From NCBI GenBank assembly GCA_977017575.1, contig CDRNVI010000182.1:62001-126000 (forward strand): a stretch of 64,000 bases of DNA, in the 5' to 3' direction. This document shows, in pieces, positions 52,233 to 61,589 of this stretch (position 1 is the stretch's first letter; every line of letters begins with the position of its first letter). The notes below the pieces were generated by a model. It had not been told where the DNA came from, made no database searches, and saw only the letters and a list, made by a program, of their open reading frames with translations. The translations under genes were made by a program, and so were the position numbers. This stretch comes from Paramoeba atlantica. Taxonomy: Eukaryota > Protista > Discosea.

Positions 52233-52430
52233 CAAAAGAAAAGGAACAAAGAAAAAAAAAGAAAAGAGGAAAAAGAAAGAAAAGAGGAAAAAAGAAAAAA
52301 CAAAGAAAAAGAAGAAAAACAAAGGAAAAAAAAAGAAAAAAACAAAGAAAAAGAATAAAAAAAAAAGAATAAAAAAAGAACCTCGTTTGGTGGGATCTCA
52401 AGTCTCCTTGACTCCCTAACTCCCCGACTC

Positions 52431-52461
<31 letters not shown>

Positions 52462-52926
52462 AGCGAGAATTGGATCATCTTCTGGGACATTCAGTCTTGA
52501 GGGGTCAAATAGCTTAAAAATATCAAAGAAGAAAAAAAAGTTGTTTGAACAAATCAAAAGAACTTTTTAATTTGTTCATAAAACTCCAAAACATCACCAC
52601 AAAAATCCCTTCAATTGTTATGTCTTTCTTGATTTTTGATTATATTGTCATCTAACAGAAAAAAGAAAAAAGAAAAGAAAGAAAAGTTAGTTTTTCAATT
52701 CAAAAAAAACAAAGAAAAACAAAGAAAAACAAAGAAAAACAAAGAAAAGAAAAAAAACACATCATCACAAAACACCCAACAAAATAAAGGTTTTTGATCT
52801 TGGATTGGTGGTGGAAAGAAAAAGAGAACGAAAAAAGAAAATGAAAAAAGGAAAAGGAAAAAAAAAAGAAAAAAGAAAAAAAAAAGAAAAAAGAAAAAGA
52901 AAAAAAAGAAAAAAAGAAAAAAATAC

Positions 52927-53888
52927 ATTTGAACAAGATTTGTGAGTTGTCTTATTTCGGTTGGAAGTGGTCTTGTGAATGAATTCTTACTGAAATACCT
53001 ACAAAAATAAAAGAAAGAAAGAAGAAAGAAAGAAGAAAGAAGAAAAGAAGAAAGAAAGAAGAGGGAAAGAATGAAAGAAAGAAGAGGGAAAGAAAAGAAA
53101 TAAGAGTTAAAAAGGAAAAAAAGAAAAAGAAAAAGAATAAAAAAAAGAATAAAAAAAGAATAAAAAATAATAAAAAAATAATAATAATAATAAAAAAAAA
53201 ATAATAAAATAATAAAAAAATAATAAAATAAAATAAATAAAAAAAAAAAAATAAAAAACATCCCCGTGAAGTTAGAAACAATGTCTCTAATAATATTATG
53301 AAAAGGAGAGAGAGAAGAGAGAGAGAGGAGAGAGAGAGGAGAGAGAGAGAGAAGAAAGAGAGAGAGAAAAGAGAGAAAGAAAGAAAAGAAAAAAATCATC
53401 AGAACAGAATAATTTATTCAAAAAATAATCAGAAAAAAAAAGAAAAAAAAAAGAAAAAAAGAAAAAAAGAAAAAAGAAAGAAAGAAAAAGAAAAAGAAAA
53501 AGAAAAAGAAAAAGAAAAAGAAAAAAAGAAAGAAAAAGAAAAAGAAAAAGAAAAACATTTGAGGAAGATCAAAGAGTTGTGCGAATTCAACAGGCATTGT
53601 CTCTAAAAAGAAATTCCCTCCCAGTGATCTAATAAAATCAAAAATAATTTCAATAAAAATGAAGGAAATGAAAAGAAATGAAAGAAAGAAAGAAAATGAA
53701 AGAAAAATGGGAAAGAAAGAAATAAAGAAATAAAGAAAAAAGAAAAAGATAAAAGAAAGAAAAAGAAAAGAAAAAAAAACAAAAAAGAAAAAAGAAAAAA
53801 AAGAAAAAAAAGAAAAAAAAGAAAAAAAAGAAAAAAAAGAAAAAAAAGAAAAAAAAGAAAGAAAAAGAAAGAAAAAAGAAAGAAAAAG

Positions 53889-53920
<32 letters not shown>

Positions 53921-54400
53921 AAAAAAAAAGAAAAAAAAAAAGAAAAAGAAAAAATTACAAATCAGTTAAAGAACAAAGTTTTGAAATTTTGTCTAAGATT
54001 TTTTCTCCTTTCAGTTGATTGACTCCTAAAAACCTTTTGGAAAAGAAAGAAAGAAAAAAGAAAAGAAGAGAAGAAAAGAAAAGAAAAGAGAAAAGGAAAG
54101 GAAAGGAAAGGAAAAGAAAGAAAAGGAAAAGAAAAAGAAAAGAAAGAAAATAAAGAAAATGATAAAATTATTAAAAGAATAATAAAAAAAAGAAAAATAA
54201 TAAAATAAAAAATAAAAATAAAAAATAAAAGAGAGAAGAAAGAAAAAGAGAAAAGAAAAAGAAAAAAGAGAGAGAAAAGTTAAAAGAAAAAGAAAAAAGA
54301 AAGAAAAAGAAAAAAAAAAGAAAAAGAAAGAAAAAGAAACAAATAAACAAGAGAAATTTGGTTGGGGTCGTCCCACTGAGATAGTTGTCCGCCAAAAGCC
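52927..54400 (-). pseudogene. LRR-repeat gene with 72-nt exons, copy B (damaged)
   Basis: Exons 53557-53628 (SLGGNFFLETMPVEFAQLFDLPQ), 52927-52998 (YFSKNSFTRPLPTEIRQLTNLVQ), 53260-53286 (shortened to 27 nt) and ~54350-54400 (LLADNYLSGTTPTKF). Confidence 0.8.
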
Positions 54401-55489
54401 CTTTTTAACAAAGAAGAGAGAAGAGAAAGAGAGAGAGAAGAGAGAGAAGAGAGAAGAGAGAAGAGAGAAGAGAGAAGAGAGAAGAGAGAAGAGAGAAGAG
54501 AGAAGAGAGAAGAGAGAAGAGAGAAGAGAGAAGAGAGAAGAGAGAAGAGAGAAGAGAGAAAAGAGAAAGAGAAAGAGAAAGAGGAGAGGAGAGGAGAGAA
54601 AGAGAGAGAAGAGAGAAGAGAGAAAGAGAAAGAGAAAGCGGAAGAGGAAGAGGAAGAGAAAAGAAAAAGAGAAAGAGAAAAGAAAGAGAGAAAAAGGAAA
54701 GTATTTCAAAAGTTTTTTCTTTTTCAAAAGAAAAAGAAAAAAAAAGAAAAACCAGCAAACATGGGGGTTGTCCAAAAGCCTCTCCCAAAGCCCTCCCCCA
54801 AAACCCTCCCCCAAAAACCCTCCCCCAAAAACCCTCCCCCAAAACCCTCTCCCAAAAAGCCTCTTCCACCCCTTGAACCCTGAGCACTCTCTTTCTCTCT
54901 CTCTCTCTGGGTTTCTGATCCCTTTATTTCACTTCACCACAAAAAAACCATTCAGACCCGAAATAGAGGTCCATCTTTTCCCGTTTTTTTTTTTTTTTTT
55001 TTTTTTTTGGTTTTTTTTTCGTGGGTTGTGTTTTTTTCTCTTTCTCCATTCTCCTCTTTTCTTTTGGTGTGTTGTGATCTCTTTCTTTCTGTTTTTTTTT
55101 CACATCCTTTTCTTTTCTTTTTTTTTACTTCTTTCTTTGTTCTTTCTTTGTTCTTTCTTTGTTCTTCTTCAAGACTGTCACTCTCTCTCTTTCCTTGATT
55201 TGTTTTTTGTTTTCCGTTTTATGTTTTTCTTTCAGTCCCGCTCCTTTTATTTCAGATTAAAACAAGTTTTTTATTCTGAGAAAAGAGTTGAAACAAAAGA
55301 AGAGAGATCACAAAGAAATTCTTTTCGACAAACCTTTGTCCAAAAACAAAATTGAGGTTTTTCTTTTCTCTTCTTCTTTTCTCTTCTTTCTTTTCTCTTT
55401 CTCTTTTCTCTTCTTTCTTTTTCCATTTTCTTTTTTGTTGATTTTGAATAATTGGATTGATAAAAAGGAGAAAAAAAAGAAGAGAAAGT

Positions 55490-55607
55490 GTCTTCGGTCA
55501 TACCCAGTTGAAAGCACCCGATCCCATCAGAACTCGGAAGTTAAGCAGCTGTGGGCTCGGTTAGTAGAATGGTGGGTGACCACATTCGAATCCCGAGTGC
55601 TGAAGAC
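55490..55607 (+). rRNA. 5S: 5S rRNA gene, copy 3
   Basis: Same sequence as copies 1 and 2. Confidence 0.96.
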
Positions 55608-55902
55608 CTTCTCTTTTCTTCTTTTTTTCTTTTTCTTTCTTTTCCTTTCCCTTTTTTTTGAATTTTCTTTTTGTTGAAAAACAGGTCCGAGAAAAACACA
55701 AATTTGATTTTGGTTCAGTCTTTTTCTTGTTATTCTATTCACAGATTGTGGTATGCCTCCACACAAATATTCGAGAGAAAATATTCAAAATAAGGAGGGT
55801 GTGTTTTGTTATTTTTGGTTCCCTCTCTTCTTGATCATTTCCCCCCGAAAGATGTTCCACAAAAGCAAAAAAAGAGTTTTGAAGGCATAGAATTATTATT
55901 AT

Positions 55903-55948
55903 TACTCTCTGAGTTACGAATTTTCACAAATTAGCAACTCAGAGAGTA
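55903..55948 (+). other. Conserved hairpin element, copy 6
   Basis: Same as copy 4. Confidence 0.8.
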
Positions 55949-56197
55949 TTACAAGAAGATATCCCTCCACAGTGGCCAACATCCCCTTTCATCTAAATTA
56001 TGATTTTTAAGGAAGAAAAAGTGAGAGTTATTGGGAGACTTAAACAGAGAAAAGAAGGAAAAAAGGGAGAGTGTGTGTGTGTTGTTTGTTGTTTGGCAAG
56101 ATGCACCCCAACAATGTGAGAGAAAAGAATAAATAAATAATGGAATATTCAAAAAGAGAGATTTTATTTTGAAAGGATGATTTTGAAGATCTCCTTT

Positions 56198-57169
56198 CTA
56201 TTTCCATCTTTTTTCCTTTGGGGGAGAATAATTCTTTTTGGGAGAACCACGAGAGTAACGGGAATGTTTACAACGACCATCTTTTCCTTTTCTCTTATTC
56301 ATAAAAAACTTCTCATCCTTCTGTTCTTCTGATTGTTCTTCCACTTCAGTCAGGGCCAACCTCTCCGTGATTTCTTCCAAACGCCTCTTGAGAATAATTT
56401 CTGTTTCCATCATCTTTTTTGACTTCTTTTCTTTCGCTTCAAGATTACAAAGTCTTCTTTCGATGTTCCGTTGTTGATTCTGAAGTTTTCTCAATTGTCC
56501 AAACAATCTTGGTTTACCACAATCTTCTTTTTCCTCTTCCTCTTCCTCTTCTTCCTCAGACAATTGGATTTCTTCAATCCCCTCTTCCTCTTGTTTGTTG
56601 TCAGCAATGTCGTCCTCTTGACTTTTCAAATCAACAAGATTCTCTCGAACTTGGGTTTTGTTTTCAGTCAACTGTTCCTTTCTTCGTTGGAGGGCCACAA
56701 TCTTTTCTTCAAGAACATCGATTTGATCTGCCAGTTTCTCATCACGTTTACTGAGCATTTCAATCTTCTTCTCTCTCTTCTGTTGTTCCTTGAGTCTTTT
56801 CTGAGGGTTCTCAGAAATCTCATCCCCCACTTTCTCTTCATCATCATCCACTCGATTTTCGACCTCTTGGATTTCATTTTCGATTTCTTCTTTGACTTGA
56901 CTCTCCACCACTCTTGTTGTCTTGTTCTTTTTTGGGAGAACAAACAAAGCGTCTTCCAAGTCTCGATCACGTTTCACAAAGACGACATCACACTCATCAT
57001 CAAGATAGAACACTCGAACCGCAGTTGAAGTTCCGTACACATCCTGGATCTTCCTTCGCAGACTTTGAAAATCTTGAGCTTGAATCGAACACACTTCTCC
57101 GTTCTCAGTGTTTCGAACTTCCCACTCTCCTTCTCCTTCGACAATCGACATCAACTGAACTCTCATCAT
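56198..57169 (-). CDS. PB1-like + coiled-coil protein, paralogue 3
   Basis: Intact 323-aa ORF with FYLDDECDVVFVKRDRDLEDAL. Confidence 0.75.
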   Translation of the reverse strand: MMRVQLMSIVEGEGEWEVRNTENGEVCSIQAQDFQSLRRKIQDVYGTSTAVRVFYLDDECDVVFVKRDRDLEDALFVLPKKNKTTRVVESQVKEEIENEIQEVENRVDDDEEKVGDEISENPQKRLKEQQKREKKIEMLSKRDEKLADQIDVLEEKIVALQRRKEQLTENKTQVRENLVDLKSQEDDIADNKQEEEGIEEIQLSEEEEEEEEEKEDCGKPRLFGQLRKLQNQQRNIERRLCNLEAKEKKSKKMMETEIILKRRLEEITERLALTEVEEQSEEQKDEKFFMNKRKGKDGRCKHSRYSRGSPKKNYSPPKEKRWK

Positions 57170-57967
57170 TGTGTTGTTGTTGTTTTTTCTGTTTCAAGTT
57201 ATCCAGAAAAAGAAATGTTTTGAATTAAAAACAAAACCTGCCTGAGGGGTGGGGTGGTTGATTGTGTTTGTTGTCGTTCATGAGGGAATGAGAGGGGATG
57301 TGGCGAGAAGGAACACCAATCACACAAACAAACAAAAAAGAAATCACCGAAAGAACAACCAACACACACCGAAAAAAGAACAACAAAAAAAAAGAGAACC
57401 CACCGGGTTCGATTCTGGGTGGGTTTTTTTTTTCAGTGAAACCCAATTTTTTTTTTGTTTTGCGTTTGGAGAGAAGAGGAATGAGAAAGAGGAGAGAGAG
57501 AAGAGAGAGAAGAGAGAGAAGAGAGAAGAGAGAGAAAGAGAGGAGAGAAGAGAGAGAAGAAAAGAGAGAGAAGAGAGAGAAGAGAGAGAAGAAAGAAGAG
57601 AGAAGAGAGGAAGAGAGAGAGAAGAGAGAGAGAAGAGAGAGAGAAGAGAGAGAGAAATGGTCCATACATTCAGGAAGTGGTTGGGAGAAGGGGGGGGGGA
57701 GGAAGGAAGAGGGGACAGATGAGAAAGAGGTGGTTGTGTGCGTTCCCCATTAATGTATTTTTGGTCTTCTCTTTTGCTGGTTGTCCTCAGAAAAAGTTTT
57801 CTCTTCTTCTCTTCTCTCTTTTCTTTCTTTTTTCTCTCTTTTCTTTCTCTTCTCTTCTCTCTTTTCTTTCTCTCTTCTCTTCTCTCTTTTCTTTCTCTTT
57901 TTCTTTCTCTTTCTCTTTCTCTTTTTCCTTCTCTTTTTCTTTTTCTTTCTTTTTCTTTCTTTTTTTT

Positions 57968-57999
<32 letters not shown>

Positions 58000-58428
58000 C
58001 TTTTTTTTTCCCTTTCTTTCTCTTCCCTCTTTCCCTTTCTTTCTTTCTTTTATTGAATTTTGAGACTGGAAAAATGAGAACAATGAGAGAAAAGCACCAT
58101 TTAAGGAGTGTTGTTCCCTTCAGATAAACAAAGATAATTGAAAAAAAATTCATTCCAACAAGATAATTGAAAAAATCAATAAAAAAGAACATAATTGAAT
58201 CCAAAAATCATTTATATGAAAAAAAAATTCAAAAATCATCACAAAATTACTTTCAATTTTCACCCAAGGTGGCTTGAACTCATTGCCCACCATTTGGCTG
58301 GAATGTCACAGTTACTGTTACAGGAGGGGTTTCTGTTGGTGGTTGTGCGGTTTCAGCTTGCTCGGATTCAACGATCCGGTTGGCACGTTCACCTGCGGCT
58401 CGTTCAGAATCTTCATAATATCCATGAG

Positions 58429-58855
58429 GTTGGCGCCTGTAGTTTAGTTGTAAATTCAACTATGTCCAACCCCGGGGGGGCGAGTTCAAATCCCAGTTTT
58501 TCGATATTATAGAAAATTTTTCTGGTGCTGTAGAGTGATTTGATTGGAGTGAGGAGCTCTTGAAGAAGTGTGAAAATTGGAACAGGTTACATCTCAGCCC
58601 TGTCTGCTAAAAAGTTGAGGATAAATTCCCTTAGAAGGAGCTTTGGATTATTCTCCCTTTTGATGTGCATCCTCCAGCCTGAACTTGCAGAAGTTCTAAA
58701 GTTCAGCATAAAGACCGACTGAACTAAGCTGAAGTTTAAAACTTCACCTTTCGTTAGAGGTTAAAAAAAAACAAACATAATTTAATGTAATTCAAATGGC
58801 TTAGATTAAGAACTACTAATTGAATAAAGTCTGCCTCAAAAAGAAAAAAAAAAAA
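58429..58855 (+). mobile_element. tRNA-like SINE / poly(A) retroposon inserted in the YR gene
   Basis: 17-bp TSD ttcataatatccatgag at 58412-58428 and 58856-58872; A-box-like tagtttagttg (58440), B-box-like gagttcaaatcc (58482), AATAAA (58823), A-tail 58838-58855. Confidence 0.88.
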
Positions 58856-59976
58856 TTCATAATATCCATGAGCAACCCGCTCGCTTGTCCACCCACCAGA
58901 CACCATCAATTGGTCTGTGGTGCCTCCTCCTTCCACCATGGCAGTGGCTCCCGACTGATGAAAACTGTGTGATGCATAATTTTCTTCAGGCTTCTTGAGA
59001 AAACATGCTATTTTCTTTGCCAATTTCGCAAGATAGTTTTTTCCTAAGTGCTGAGCTGCAAAGTTCTCTCGGTTCTTGTTCCACTTCCACCAAAGGCAAG
59101 TACCAGGGGGGAGGTTCTCCAGGTGATCCTCCAACGCTTCAGAAGGAATAAACCCATCAAGCACAGGGATGACCACTTTGGTTTTCCTCAAAGATTTCGA
59201 TTTTGCGCACCGTTCCATGGTGAAGCATACACTCCCATTTTTCTTTAACTTCACTTCATCACGAGAAATGTTAATAACTTCAACACTTCTGGCTAATCCA
59301 AAGAAAGCAAAAAGAGCCAACAGAGAGTCTTGTAGATCTCCCCCATTCATTATCCCTCAAGACAAATATTGTTTTATCTCCTCCAAGGTAAAAACATTCT
59401 TCTTATTTGGCTGATAACCAGCTGTTTCTCCCTTTAGGATTTGATTTAACTGCTGAGTCTCACTGAAATCAATTGCATATTTACACAAAACATAGCGTTT
59501 CACGAGCGAAATCACTGGAAAGAATGATGACAATCCGTAAACACAGTTGCCATTTCGATGAGAAAGGACAAACAAATATTTTTGGTAAAACTCGATCAAC
59601 AATGCCTCATTTATCACATAATCTCGGTGTTCTTCCTCATTTTTTTTATAAAAACATGTCAAGAAATCCTTGAAACGACTTGCAGCAGTCAGGAACGCCT
59701 TTCAAGTCACATGCGGGCCATTCAACACCATCCGAACAGAATGGCATGTGGAGTCAAATTCAAAGTGGTTCCATTCCTTCGCTCGGAGGGACACAATCAG
59801 TGGGTTTTCCACTCTTCATGCAGGGTTCATCTCTTGCAAGAAAATGAAAAAATGCCCACAAGGCTTTTTCTTTCAATTGTTGTCACACAATCGTCCCAAA
59901 ACAAACTCAAACCAATCAAAATACACCATATTTATTGCTCTCATTTTTCCCAGCCTCAAAATTCAATAAAATGTTG

Positions 59977-60139
59977 TAGCCAATGTTTGAAAAGGCTTAT
60001 CATGTCTTGAGTGTTTCTGATCAGTCTCAACCAGGATTCTGTGGTCTCATGCCGCAAGCGGCCCTTGACCTCAAAAATCCTGGGTCTTGACATCAAAAAC
60101 ACCCTTGACAATAAACTGCCTTTTTTCAAACATTGGCTA
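59977..60139. repeat. 163-bp imperfect palindrome centred on GCCGC-AA-GCGGC
   Basis: Arms begin tagccaatgtttgaaaa / ttttcaaacattggcta and pair along their whole length with regular internal mismatches. Confidence 0.9.
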
Positions 60140-61589
60140 AATAGCTATTCTCTTTCCTCTTTTTGAGAGACAAAAAAAAAAGAATAAAAGCTTTTCTCTC
60201 CTCTACATTCTTTGTCCTTTCAGAAGTATCTCATCACATGTATAGATGGTGATGGTTGTATTGACTTTATAGGTGTTCTATTTTGGCAATTCAATATCCT
60301 AGAGAGTATGAAAAGAACCCTTTCATCAAAACAAAATTCTCATCAGAGAAAATCCATCCAAAGATGAGAAGAAAGAGTTAAAGGAGGAAAAAAGGCTGAC
60401 TGTTGGATCCAAAAACCTGAAACATTCAGAAAAAGAAAAGAAAGAAAAGAAAGAATGAGAGGAAAAACAAAGGAAGAAAAAGGGGGGAAAATAGAAAAAG
60501 GTGAAGAGAGGGGGAAATGATATGAAAAGAAAGAAAAAAAGAGAAAAGAAAGAGAAAAAAAAAAGAAAAAGGAGAAAGGAGAAAGGAGAAAAAAAATAAA
60601 GAGGGAGATCTATGGTTCTTGGATGGGAAGAAAAACTGAAAAAAAAAACCAAAAGAGAACAAAAGAAAGAAAAAAAAAGAAAAGAATGAGAAAGAGAAAG
60701 AGAAAAGAGAAAAGAGAAATAAAAAGAGAAAAGAGAAAAGAGAAATAAAAAGAGAAAAAAAGAAGAGAAAAAGAGAAAAAGAAAAGAAAGAGAAATAAAG
60801 AAATAAAAGAGAAATAAAGAGAAAAAAAAAAGAGAAACAAAGAGAAACAAAGAGATGTGGTGGGGAGACAATCAATACACACATTTTTTCAATTCTCTTT
60901 TCATTTCTTTTTTTTCTTTTTTTTTCTTTTTTTTTCTTTCTTTTCTCTCTTTTTCTCTCTTTCTATTTTCATTTCTATTTCTCTTTTATTTCTCTTTTTC
61001 TCTCTTTTTTTTCTTTTTTTTTTCTCTTTTTTTTCTTTTTTTCTCTTTTTTCTCTTTTTTCTCTTTATTTCTTTTTATTTTTCTCTTTTATTTTTCTCTT
61101 TTATTTTTCCCTCTTTTTTTCTTTTTTTCCCTTTTTCTCTTTTCTCTTTTTTTTTCCCCCTTTTTTTTCTCTTTTTTTTCTCTTTTCTCTTTTCTCTTTT
61201 ATTTCTCTTTTATTTCTCTTTTTTTTCTTTTTCACTTTTTTTTTGCTTTTTTTTCCCCTTTTTTTCTATTTTTTCTCTCTTTCTTTTATTTTTTATTTCT
61301 CTTTTTTTCTCTTTTTTTCTTTTTTCTCTTTTACTTCTCTTTTTATTTCACTCTTTTCTTTTTCTCTTTCTAATTCAAGGATTTGTCATTGGGAAAAAAA
61401 AGAGAAAAAAGACAAAGAAAAAAAGACAAAGAAAAAAAGACAAAGAAAAAAAGACAAATAAAAAGACAAAAAAAAAAGACAAAAAAATAAAGAAAATTAA
61501 AAGAGAGAATGTTTGGTTTCGAGGAGCTGACATTGCAAATATCTTTTATTTGTTGGTTTTTTCTGATTGTTCAACTTTTCTACTGTCTT

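Larger units (their letters stand above)
58052..60149 (-). mobile_element. Crypton-like tyrosine-recombinase element (inactivated)
   Basis: YR motifs KKNVFTLEEIKQYL, FGLARSVE, HSFHQSGAT, GGWTSERVAHGYYEDS. Absent at the paralogous site 46566/46567; TATT at both junctions. Confidence 0.85.
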
